Source: Geosiphon pyriformis uo1
Lineage: Eukaryota > Fungi > Glomeromycota
Direction of reading: 5' to 3'
Assembly: GCA_016748015.1 (NCBI GenBank)
Contig: JAAOMT010000289.1
Location: forward strand, 68,131-132,130
DNA length: 64,000 nt
A model generated the notes under the pieces. The model had not been told where the DNA came from. It ran no database searches and was given only the letters and a program-made list of their open reading frames with translations. The translations under genes and the position numbers were made by a program. This document shows positions 39,253 to 51,449 of this stretch, piece after piece (the stretch's first letter is position 1; every line of letters begins with the position of its first letter).

Positions 39253-42200
39253 TAAGTGTTCAAGTTTGGTTGTTGTTCTATTATAATTATTGGTTCTAAA
39301 TTTCGGGAAATATCTTCAGGATTAATTAAAGAGGAATGTGTACCAATTTGTGAAATTAGTGGTTCAGGATTGTTTCTGAATTGATAGTGTTTCAATCTGT
39401 CTCCATGTGCAACTTTTGCTAGTATTTTGTCATCAAGTCTTAACTTGTATAATTTATTGCCTAGAATTTTGTAAATATAAAATGGTCCATCCCATTTATG
39501 TTCAAATTTTCCACTTCATTGTTTTTCAGCCTTAGTTCTGTGTAAGAGAACTTTATTTCCAACTTTAAATTCGTTGGTTATGAGTGGTAATTTGTTGTCA
39601 TGTCTTTCTTTTTGTTGAGCTTAGGAATGTTCAATATGAGTTGCTGCTATTCTTTTTTTTCCTTCCAGTGTACTAAGAAGAGTGTAGGCCCTTTTTTGGA
39701 GTGTTTCTTGAAAGTTTTCTTTATTAATTGGTTGTACAGGGTATGTTTCTACTGTGAAATTAATTGGTAATATTGCTGTCCTTCCATAAGTAAAGTCAAA
39801 TGGTATGTGTTTCATAGTATCTTGTTTTAGTGTTCTGTATGCTAGTAACACTGATGGAATAAAGATATCCCATTCCTGTTTAAAGTCTGTTAAGACTTTG
39901 GCTAGAGATTCACACAATGTTCTGTTGAAACATTCTACAAGTTCATTTGTTTGAGGGTGATAAGATGATGATAGAGGTCTTTTGACATTGAATCGTTCAC
40001 AAATTTTTTGTATCAAGTTGTTCACAAAATGTGTTTCTTGATCAGATAAAAGTTCAATTGGACATCTATGTCTACAGATAATGTCTTCATAGATGAAATT
40101 TGCTACTGATTTTGTATCTGCTCTTTGGATGACTCTAGCTTCAGACCATTTGGTAAAATAATCCACTGCAACTACAATATAATAATTTTTTTGGGTTGTG
40201 ATAGATAATGGTCTGATTAAATTAATTCCAACTCTGTCAAAAAGTTGTCCAACTTTGATTGGATTTAAAAGTTCTGTGGGGCAAGTTCCTTTTTTTCTTT
40301 GACAACTATCACAAGATTCTACATATTGTCAAATGTTTTTTTGCATATGAAACCAAAAATAATGTTCAAGAATTCTTTAAATTGTTCCATCTCTTCCCAA
40401 GTGTGCTGAAGAAGGATCTGTGTGCATGTTGTATAAAATTGTTTCTTTTTCATTTTCCTGTACTAATCTAAGTGGTTGGTTTGGGTTTTTATGATTTTGG
40501 TAATAGATTTTGTTGTGGTGTATAAAATATTGTTTGGATTGGTGTTGTAATCGATGTTTTTCACTTGGAGACCAATTTTCTGGCATGGTGAAAGTCTTCA
40601 AATAGTTTTTGATGTTGTAGTTTTCTGGATCTATTGTTGTTGATTTTGTTGTTTGTTTTGCTGTTAAGTTTGTTGGTGTTTTGTTGGTGTTGATATTGGT
40701 ATTAATATTGTCTCATTCTTGAGAGACTATTAACATTGGTGTGTAGTTTTCTTGGTTTGTGATGTACAATGTATCTGTAGTCTGCTAGGAAGTTATTCCA
40801 TCAAGACTGTTTGGCACTTTGTTCAGTTTTCTTTTTATTAAGCCATTTGAGGCCAATATTGTCAGTTATTATGTTAAATTCTTTTCCATTCTTCAGGTAT
40901 TGTTGAAAGTATTTAAAAGCCCAGATGACTGCAGCAGCTTCCAATTCAGTTGAGCCATATTTGAGTTCTGTTGGCTTGAGTGTTCTGCTGGCATAGGCAA
41001 TAACTTGTTCCTGGCCATTTTCATCCAATTGTGATAAGATGGCACCAAATGCTATGTGTGAAGCATTAGTGGCTAATTGGAATTGTTTGTTGAAGTCTGG
41101 GTAAACAAAAACTGGGGCTGTTGTCAATTTTGTTTTGAGAGTTTCAAAAGCTTTTTGTTGTTCTTCAGTTCATTTGTATGGCACATTTTTGTTGGTAAGA
41201 TAATTGAGTGGTTTGGCAATTTCTGAGAATCTTCTTATAAATTTTTGATAGTAAAAGGCTAATCCTACAAATTCTCGTAGTTCTGTGGTATTTCTGGGAG
41301 TTTGAAAGTTTTTGACAGCACTGATTGTTTCAGGATTTGGTTTGACTCCATTTTTGCTAACAATGTGTTTGAGGAAAATTAAGCTTGTTTTTTCAAAGTG
41401 ATATTTTTTAATGTTTAACTTCAATCCTGCTTTCCATAATCATTGAAAAACTTCTCACAGGTGGATAAGATGAGTCTCAAAGCTTGGTGAGTATACATTA
41501 GTGTCAATAAAATAGACAACTACTGATTGCCACAAGAGTCTTTCATATACAACATCCATGAGTTGCTGGATGTTGCTGGTGCATTGCAGAGTCAAAAAGG
41601 CATAACATTGAACTCATAGTTTCCTCCTTGGGTGGTAAATGCTGTTTTGGGTCGGTCTTTTGGGTCCATTTCGACTTATCAGTATCCACTTTTCAAGTCT
41701 AAAGTTGAGAAAAACTTGGCTTTTCCTAGAGCATCTAGCATGTCATCAATTCTTGAAAGAGAATAGACATCTCCAATTGTCACACTGTTCAATTGGCAAT
41801 AGTCAACACAAAATCTGATTTTTCCATTTTTTTTTTTGACAAAGACTACTGGTGAGGCCCAAGAACTTCTTGATGATTGAATCAATCCATTATTGAGCAT
41901 TTTCTGGACTTCTTCTCTGATGAATTGGTGGCTGGCAGGTGGCACTCTGTAAGCTTGCTGACATTTTGGTAAAACATCTTCTGTATGAATCTGATGTTGA
42001 ACCATATCCGTTTTTCCAGGTCATTGTTGTCTTTTGCAAATATATCTGCAAATTCAGCTATCAATTATTTCAATTGTCTTTGTTGTTAAGGTTTTAAGGG
42101 ACCCATGTTGATTCAAGAGAGTTTTTTTTCTAAAAAGTGGTAGTTTTCAGTAATGAGAATGATATTTGGATTTGAGAGTAAAATGTGTCTTACAATTTCG

Positions 42201-42351
42201 ATGAAATTAGAGACAATTTAAGGGTTTTCATCTTGAAAAATATTGCTGTGTATGATTCCAATCTTTAGTTTGTTTAATAAAACAATAGAGTAATTATTGG
42301 AGTTGTAGAATGTAACTTGAAATTTTTTCATTCCTTTGGGAATATAAACAT
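39253..42351 (-). pseudogene. RT-RNase H-integrase of element C
   Basis: ORFs 41679..42005 (WASPVV..RFCVDY..LDLKSGY), 40801..41127 (RNase H), 39621..40166 (integrase core). Confidence 0.92.
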
Positions 42352-43414
42352 TGTTATGAGTAAACTTGGTGAGTATAAGAAATGGTAATGTTTGGTGCTC
42401 TCAATTTTAGATGATGCGTTTTCTGCATAATTCTGTTGGCTTAGTCTTGATTATCAGTCTCTGAAGGTCTATTTCTGGATGTGAATTTACCCATTGAGTT
42501 CTTTGGTTATAAGGCACAGAGTTTGTCTTTTGTTAATTGCAATGTTTTTTGTAAATGTAAGCTTTCTTTTCCGAGCTAATAAACACAGTTGTTAGGGTCT
42601 GGCATTGTCTTTTCACCCTTCTGGTAAGCTAACAAGATAATGTTATTATCCAAAACTTAGGGGGAGCTTCCCTTTTTTACCAGGCTATCACGAAGTTTAT
42701 TCTCAGACAGTCGATTTTACTATGTTGTCACTCCACAAAAATAAGACAGAAAAAAAAAGAAAAAGAGAAAAAAAGATAAATTAATATCATCAATCGCCAT
42801 TATCAAGAGTAATTGGTCCAAATCGTTAATAGGTTAGAGGCAGTTATGCTAAGAGCATCTGTCCTAGAATGGAGGTACAAGACAAGGGTTAATTCACGTA
42901 AATTCCACAAAGTTCAAGAACATAAATTCGTGATTCTGATTTCTTTTTAATAATTGGTTTATTTCAGGAGATAAAATAAAGAAGATAATAAAGGATGAAG
43001 GGGTATGAATATTTAATTCTTGTCTAGAGGTTTGTATCTATCTGTCTATCTTTTCTCACTTTTACAACTACTTGCTTTTATACATTCTTTTGGTTTTACA
43101 GAATTGCTTTCAATTGTTTCGCTATCACTAGCTATTGCTTTGTTGTTTTTGTTATTGCTTTGTTTTTCTATGTTATTGCTAGTTATCCTATGTTATAACA
43201 TGTTATCTGACGTTATTACATGTTATTCTGTGTTATCCTACATTATAACACATTATTCTACGTTATTGTGCACTATTTTGTGTTATTCTGCATTATAACA
43301 TATTATCCTATGTTATAATGTGTTATCCAACGTTATTGCGCATTATTCTGTGTTATGTCATGTTTTGGTCACGTTTTTTCTTAACTTTGGATTGGTTTTT
43401 CTACTTGGGTAACA
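42352..43414 (-). repeat. 3' LTR of element B
   Basis: TGTTA..TAACA; PPT (rc AAAAAGAGAGAGATAA) at 43415-43430. Confidence 0.95.
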
Positions 43415-43428
43415 TTATCTCTCTCTTT

Positions 43429-44163
43429 TTAAAATTGAGCTTCTGCGAAACTGTATGTATTTGTTATCATGGCTTTGTTCGTGTAATGTTTGATTGTTGC
43501 CTCGAGTATTGCTTTTTGTAGGTCTTTGAACTGTTGATTGGTTATTCGTTCTATGTTGTTAACCATTATGGTTTTCATAGATCCATTCAATAGCACATTT
43601 GGGCAATGTTGGAAGGTGGCATATAGTTGATATGCTGCTTTGTAATATAGGGTCAGGTTGTTTTTTTCTACGAATTTTTCTACTTGTTGTATTGCTTCTT
43701 TGTTAAATGTTTTCTGGCTGAGGTCTTCATATGGTGTTTTCAAATTAAGCTGTTCTCCAATTTTGTAGAACCAATAAGCTGGGGGAAGTTTTTCTTTCTA
43801 TTCCTGGATATTGTCAGGTGTCCACTCCCCTGTTTTGGGGAGTTCGATCCCACGAGCTAAAGCTTCTTTTATTTCTTCAAGCTCGGAGACCAAGTATCTT
43901 CTTTTGTAACCTTTTTCTTGTTCTTTGCCTCCTTTTTTTCTACCTCCTGCCCAAAGACAATTTTTCCTCCAACATTGTCTTTTGGGTGGTAGGTAGGGGA
44001 GAGAACATTTAGTTCTAATTGAACTCTCATCTTCTCCTCTCCTGTTCTTATCTTTGTACTATATCTTTTTTTTATCAATTGTTATTTCTATTTGAAATGT
44101 CAATTTTTAAATTGTTTCAAATAATTGTTTAGATAATTTTAAAATTTGATCTGAAAGGTTCAT
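43429..44163 (-). pseudogene. Accessory ORF3 of element B (about 245 codons, several in-frame stops)
   Basis: MNLSDQILKLSKQLFETI*KLTFQIEITIDKKKI..AYWFYKIGEQL..YYKAAYQLYATFQHCPNVL..SFAEAQF*; the stop overlaps the PPT. Confidence 0.82.
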
Positions 44164-44243
44164 GTTGAAATTTCTATTGTTTCTTGCTGCTTTTCGGATG
44201 CTATATATATTTGAATTCCCCAATTTAATTTGCTGCCCATTGT

Positions 44244-46950
44244 CTACATTTTAATGACAATGATTGGTTTCAGATCTTGTGGTATATCTTCTGGTCTAAT
44301 TAATGAAATTTGTGTTCCTAGTTGAGGTACTGATGATGATAATTCCTGTTTTACATGATAAATTTTTAACTGATTTCCATGTGCTACTTTTTTTAAAATC
44401 CTGTCTTCCAATCGTAATTTGTAAGCTTTATTTCCTAATGCTTTATGTATGTAGAATGAACTGTCGCACTTTGGGTCAAACTTTCCACTCCACTGTTTCT
44501 CAGCTTTTGTACGATGTAACAGTACTTGGTCTCCAATCTTGAATTCCATTGGTTGTTCTGATAGGTGTTTATTATGTCTTTCTTTTTGTCATTCTTGAGC
44601 GTAACTAATATTGTCAGCTGCTGTTCTTTGATTGTTTTTCAATATTTCCATTAGCTGGTATGTTTTTTGGTGTAAGATAGCCTCAAAATTTTTTTCATTA
44701 ATTGTTTCTGTTGGGTATGACAGTATTACTCGTTCAATCGGTAATGTAGCTTTTCTTCCATAGACTAGTTCGAACAGTGTGAACTGAGTCATATTTTGTT
44801 TCAATGTTCGGTATACAAAAAATACAGAAGATATGAATAAGTCCCATTCTTGTCTGTTTTTATGACTTATTTTTGCTAGTGCTTTGCATAGTGTTTTGTT
44901 AAATTGTTCTACCAGTCTATTTGTTTGTGAGTGGTATGGTGACAATAAGGGTCTCTTTATTCCAAACCATTGGCTTAGTTCAGTTAGTGTATTATTAATA
45001 AAGTGTGTTTCCTGATCAGATAATAATTCTTTTGGACATCCATGTCAGCAAATTAGGTTTTGATGCACAAATTTGGCAACTGTTTTGGCATCAGCCACTT
45101 GGATTGCTCTGGCTTCTGGCCATTTTGTAAGATAGTCTATGGCTACAATAATATAGTAATTTCCTTGGGATGTAATTGAAAGAGGTCCAACCAAATTGAT
45201 CCCAATTCTATCAAATAGATTTCCAACTGGAATGGGTCGAAGTGGTTCTGTTGATCTTGCTCCTTCTCTTTGCTGACATGCGTCACAATTGAGCACATAT
45301 TCAAAAATGTCTTTGTACATTGTTGGCCAATAGTATAAGTTTAGTGTTCTTTCAAGGATAGCATCTTTGTTAAAGTGTTCTGCAGTCAGATCTGAGTGCA
45401 CACTATATAGTATAGTTTCTCTTTCACTGTTCTTGATTAGTCGTTGTGGGTTGGAGTGGTTTTGGTGTTCTCGTCGATATAGTTGGTTGTTTTGAATAAA
45501 ATAATTTCGGGCTTGTTTTTATATGGTACTCTGTTCCTGTTGAGATAATATCTTCTTGAAACATAGTGTCGATAGGTACTGATGTAGTTGTTGATAAGTG
45601 AGTGTGTCCATGGATTTGGGATTAGGTTTGTGGCATTTTCGACAAACTGTCAGCATTGGTGTTCTTGGATCCTTCCTTGTAATGGACTTTGAGTGGGAAT
45701 TGTTGCAGATAAGTACTTCATCTCGCATATTTTCCTTCTAGTTGTGGATTGTTGAGTAACCAAATAAGTCTTTTGTGGTCAGTATATAGATTAAATGGTT
45801 AACTGAGGTAATGTTTCCAAGTCTGTACAGCCCAATAAATGGTGAAACATTTCAGATCTGTTGTGCTGTAATTCTTTTCTACTGGGCTAGTGCTGCGATT
45901 AACATAGACAACTGGGTGTTTTCTATTGTCCGGTCCTATCTGTGATAAGACTGCTCCTAGAGCATTTTTCGAGACATCTGTAGCAACAATAAACTGTTTA
46001 GTGAAATCTGGGTAAATCAGGATTGGGGATGTGATCAATCGCTGCTTGAGATAGTCAAATGCTTTCTGTTGATCTTCCTTCCACAAGTACGGTACGTATT
46101 TGGACAACAATTGATGGAGTAGTTTTATGATGTTCGAAAAACCTTTAACAAATCAACGATAATATCCTGCCAATCCTAGAAATCTTCATAATTCTCTGAG
46201 GTTGATTGGAGCTAGAAAATTCTTGACTTTTTGTACTTTATCTGAATTGGGTTTAACTCCATTCTTGCCAATTACATGTCTTAGGAATTTTAACTCGGTT
46301 TTTCTAAAAAAGCACTTCTCGGGATTGAGTTTCAATCTGGCACTACAAAGACATACAAAAACTTGTTGCAGGTGGAGCAAATGGTCATCAAATGTTTCGA
46401 AGAACACATTTGTGTTATCTAGGTAGACTACTACTGATTTCCAAAGGATTTCTTTGTATACTACATCCATTAGGCGTTGAAATGTGGCAGGAGCATTACA
46501 AAGTCCAAAAAGCATTACGTTAAACTCGAAGTTTCTGTCTTAAGTGGTAAATGCTGTTTTTTTTTTGTCTTTGGGATCTATTTCAACTTGCCAGTAACAA
46601 CTTGCTAAATCTAATGATGAGAACCATTTCTTTTTTCCTAGATTGTCCAGAATTTCCTGGATGAAGGGAGTGGGATAATTATCTCTTCGCATGATGCTAT
46701 TTAGTTTTCAATAATCTACGCAGAATCACACTTTTCCATTTTTCTTGGTGACTAAGACTACTGGAGAGAACCAAGGGCTTAACAATTCTTTGATTAGGCT
46801 GTTATCAAGCATCCGTTGCACTTTTTGCTTAATTAGGTTATTGCCAGATGGGAGTACGTGGTAAGCTCATTGCTTAATCAGTCAAGCATCTCTCATATCA
46901 ATCTGATGTTTCACAATGTTGGTGCGTCCGAACTCATTTTCACTGGCAAA
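44244..46950 (-). pseudogene. RT-RNase H-integrase of element B
   Basis: FGLCNAPATFQRLM..VVVYLDN (RT), VATDVSKNALGAVL (RH), HHCC and core integrase ORFs 45045..45401, 44589..44945, 44244..44549. Confidence 0.93.
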
Positions 46951-47439
46951 GACATTGGCATACTAATTCAGAAGGACTTTAAGTTGCATTTGTTGCAGGG
47001 TACTTAAATTTCTTAAATTCAATTTATTGATTTCTTCTGGTGTGAACAAGTAACTTTCTTTTGGCAAATTTCATACTTGTAAGATAATGTCACAGAATAA
47101 GAATAATTGTGCAAAATCTGGAATGGACTGGGGTTTTTCAGAATTCTGAATATCTGCGAATATGAACTGACAAGGGTCCCTTCAGGAATTTCAATGACAT
47201 CTTCTGTCGGGTTGTGGATGGAGATTTTGAAGTGTTTATGGGCTTTGGCTGGTAGGTATAGATTAGCAACATTGGCTAGGAAACAGATTTTGGGACTGGC
47301 TTTGAATAACAGGGCTTGATCTTGGATCTTTTGATTCACCTTGAGGATGTATTGTTGGTATGGGGGAATGGAGATAACGGTGTTGGTGTTGATAAATTCT
47401 ACCTGGTTACTGTCTTCCTCCATGAAATTAACTGCTACA

Positions 47440-47880
47440 TTTCCTCTTCCACTTGATCCAAACCCATTGATTCCTTGGGCAGTGAGGTCTAACTCTTTTT
47501 GGATTGTTACCAGAGTTAATTGGGGTATTTTGACTAGGGGTAGAAAGATAGCTTGGGCAATCTTTTCTTGTGATTCTATTTTGTAGGGTCTGTCCGAATT
47601 GTTCTGTAGCATCACAATAATGTTTCCCATATAACCAGCATCGATGATTCCTTCTTTTACGGCAATTTTTTTCTTGGCTAGACTAGATCAAGAGACAACT
47701 TGTACCATTGTACTAACAGGAATTTCTAACACTATTTTAAAATCTATTTTTACAAGGGAATGTGGGGCTATAATGATGAGTAATTGTCTGGAGTATTGTA
47801 GGTTGAAACCAGCATCGGTGTCATGCGCTTTTTTGGGGCAGATTCCTTCCTCATTGTTACTGTACCATTTTAGCTCTAGT
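47440..47880 (-). pseudogene. dUTPase domain in pol of B
   Basis: All five trimeric dUTPase motif regions: AHDTDAGFNL, S*SSLA, GIIDAGYMG, KIAQAI, GINGFGSSG. Confidence 0.92.
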
Positions 47881-48908
47881 TTTTTGGATAGGTCGGGATA
47901 TGCGAGATACTGTTCTGTTTTGGTATCCTCAATTGGATCTTGAAATGACATGTCCTCAGTAATCAATACCTCTTCTTCAGGCTCAGGTAGTTCGGTAATT
48001 GGAAACAGTATTCTTGGAGGCAGATTGACCATGAGATCACATTTGTTACAGTACTGGAAATAACAGAGGATCAAACAGTGATTGCACAGTTTGGTATTCA
48101 AATCGGCCAACCTTTGCTCCTGTTCTTTGTAAGTCAGGGCCAATTCCTGATATCAGTTCTGAAATGCATCTGGGTCATCTGTGAAGAAATCATCCTTGGG
48201 GTAGTCGAGTCCATTATATTCGGGTGTCCAAGAGTTGTCCTTGATTTCTCATATTTCTTCAGACGTGGTGTCTTCAGCCTTGGTGCTTGCCATTCTCTAG
48301 ATTTCGTGGTCATTATATGGATAACTGTTCAGCCTGTTGAGGGCTCATTTCCAAGTGTCCTTGATGGGGGTTCCCTTTCATACCCAATCATTGATTAATA
48401 TGGTGTATTGACAAGCCTTGTCATATGTTTCCCCTCTGCCAAGCACATCATTCCAGAGTCCTTCATCTGGCAGGATTTCGCCACATGCGAGGCACGACAT
48501 ATTGTCTCACTTGCCTTGTCATTTTGGTTATCCAAATCTTTCCAGTAAACAAGGTCTGCAATAGTATTTGGTGGCAGTAGGCCATTCTTCGTTGTCTCTG
48601 ATATATGTGCCCATAGTGGATAGTTTTTTTCCACAATTGACACATATTAGTCTTGGGAGTTGGTAAAATAAGTTTCTTTGGTCTGAGGTTATGTATCCTA
48701 GTGATGATGATTGGGGTTTTTCTTCGGCTCTGCCTTTTCTTTTTTCTTCCCAAATTGGTGGTGAGGGTAGTTCAGTTCAATAATCATCTGCCCATAAAAC
48801 CTGATAGGTCTTGATGGTTAGTGGCATTAATGTGTCTTCGAATTCAATAAGGGGTTTCTTAGTACATTGGGTTTTAAAGTGTCTGCATGTAGCTGGGACT
48901 CGGGCATG

Positions 48909-51390
48909 CTATCTGTTGAACGTGAGTTGAAGTTTTTGGGTGTTCCAGTCAAGAGTAGCATTGGCTTTTGACAACCAATCATTTTTTACTAGAGCTTGAT
49001 ATTGAATAGCTTCTATGACAAGTACTTTGGTAAGGATTTGGATTTCATTAATCTTAAAGGGAAAGTTGTCAATTTTTCCTATTGGGGTTTTTGTGTTTCC
49101 ATCTGCTGTAATGATCCGGGCAGTAGTGGCATGATCTACTTGGCAACCTAGTTGGTCCATGAGCTGCTTTGTGATTATGCTACCGGCTGATCCACTATCC
49201 AGGATTAATTTAATGTCTATTTCTTCGACTCTGGTATCAGTGTATAAGGCTGTTATTGGTTTATCCTGATTAATGACTGCTCCACTAAAAAGACTATGGG
49301 TGTTCAAATTATTGATGTCAAAAGGAAATATGGCGGCTAGGGTGGTGTCTTTGGTAATAGTGACTGGTGGGATATTGCTTTTTGTTTGCTTGGAAGGTTG
49401 GGAGATTTGTTCTATATTCCCCTCTTCCACAGGTGTAGATTTATCAAAACCCTAAGCTTGATTTGGGTATCCAGTTGGTGTTAGTCAAAATTGGGCAGGA
49501 CCACGAGGGATTGGTCGAAACAGTCTACTGTTGGTTTGCACCTGATTGTTGTTGGGATTCCTCCATCTCTGATTATAGTCTATAGCTCGAGGTCTGGACA
49601 GGCTGTAAGGGAAAGTTTGATAGTGAGAGATTGCTTGTGTCATTGGTGGTAGTTGATAATAATTCTGGGGTGGTGGTTGAGTGTACAGAATTTGTTGTGC
49701 GTATAGAGGCAGTTGATTCTAAGGTATGGAATATTGGGGTACCATGTTTTGCTGATATCTGGATTGCTAATATGGGTTTCTTTGATTTTGGTCCATGATC
49801 TTCCTTTTGCAGTCACAGGCAATGTGTCTAGGTTTCTGGCAGTAGTAACAGTTGTGGGGATTGGATCTCCAAGGTTGTTGCTATTGCTGATGGTTTTGTT
49901 GCTGTGGATATCTGCTGTTGTTGTTATTTTCTCTCCGTTGGGGTGGTTGGTAAGTTCCTGTAGTTCCAGCTAAGAATCCCTCAATTTTCTGAGTTAGTTT
50001 TTCACTCAATTGGGTTATCTTTGCATCGATGTCAGAGGTTTTATTAATGGCTAAATTAACGGTTTGGGTATGGTTTGCTTCTTGTTCTGCAGACTCAAAA
50101 TCGCAAGTGAGAATGACAGTGTCTTGTAAACTGGTTGGATGGCAGGATCTTATGAATCTTAGAATACCACTCCGCAATCCTTTAATGAATTGATTAAGAA
50201 CTTGTGCTGCAGTGTAGTAGTCCCTTTTGATAGCTAATATTTGATGCAAAATTTGATTGAATTGTCCGAGATAAGTAGTTACTGCTTTATAATCTTTTTG
50301 TTTAATTATGCTGAATTGATTCTGCAATTGGATTAACATATTGAGATCACAGAAGTATTGCAGAAATGCAAGTTTAAACTCAGTAAAGAAGGTAGGTTTC
50401 TCTGTAAGGCTCTAATACCATGAATTGGCAGTTTTGGTCAGAAAAAATGGCAGTGCCTGAATTGTGCAGTTGTTGTTTCAACTGTTAGTGGTAATTGCTT
50501 TCTCAGCATCCGCAATCCAAGAATATGCATTATCTTTTTCACCAGAGAATTTTTCCAATTTAGCAATATCCTGGTAAGCCATGATCTGGTTAATAGGTGG
50601 GGTGTTACTGGTTATGTTTAAAGGGATTAGTGTCTACATATTCAAGTGTTCTCTGGGTGCTAATGCTGGTTGTTTTTCTTTGTTGCTTGAACCAATAGGT
50701 TGTAAGATAGCTGTTTTTTCCATCAAGGGAGATGCTGATTCTGCTAGGTTTTGTGCTGGTGGCTGTTCTCAAGTTGACGGGTTTTCTTCTGTTTGACTGG
50801 CTGCTGGAGTAAGATTTCCAAACAGTAATCTATATTCTCCTAGTGATTTGGTCCAACTGTGTTGATTCCAAGGGTGTGGATTTCCAGGAGTTCGTGGTGT
50901 TTCTGACTGGGTTTCCAGGGGTGGGTTGAATACAATTCTACTCTGGAGTGTCTGATAGTATAATGGAGTTGTTGGGAAAAAGACCCTTGGTTTCTTGTTG
51001 ACTGTGAACTTGGCTTGGGCAGTTACGGGGTTGTTGGATTCATCTTCGTATTCTTCAAGGTCAGATTTCACTGGTTGTTGTACTTGAGGGAATTGTTATA
51101 CCATGTAATATTTAATGTCTGTATCAATTATGCACAGAGTTTTAGTGATTGCTCGGGTAGTCATGGCTGTTGAGTACCCTAGTAAGCTTTGATGGATTTG
51201 TTCTCCAAGTCTTTCTGTATCAGTTGCGTGGCCTAACAAACAGTCAATTTTTGCGTTAATATAGTTACAAAAAATCACTTTCTGTATAAGTGGTTTCTGT
51301 TGGTATTCCTAGGTCTTTTCGAAAGTATTGAAATAGTGCTTTTCCGTACAAGGAGTGGTCCTTTCCTATTGTTCTAATAGTTGCCACTTT
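48909..51390 (-). pseudogene. gag (N-terminal extension, capsid, CCHC knuckle) + aspartic protease of B
   Basis: MAYQDIAKLEKFSG, QFIKGLR, CYYCQKPRHIACDC, LILDSGSAGSII. Confidence 0.9.
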
Positions 51391-51449
51391 TATGTATTTT
51401 TGGGGATGCTCTGTCTCTGTGGATTTATAATCTCATAAGGAGCACCAAA

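Noticed and set aside
43429-44163. ORF3 as an envelope gene
   Set aside because: No visible signal peptide, transmembrane helix or fusion-peptide pattern.
44244-44549. Integrase chromodomain
   Set aside because: Only about 35 residues follow the GPY/F-SH3-like region, with no aromatic-cage pattern.
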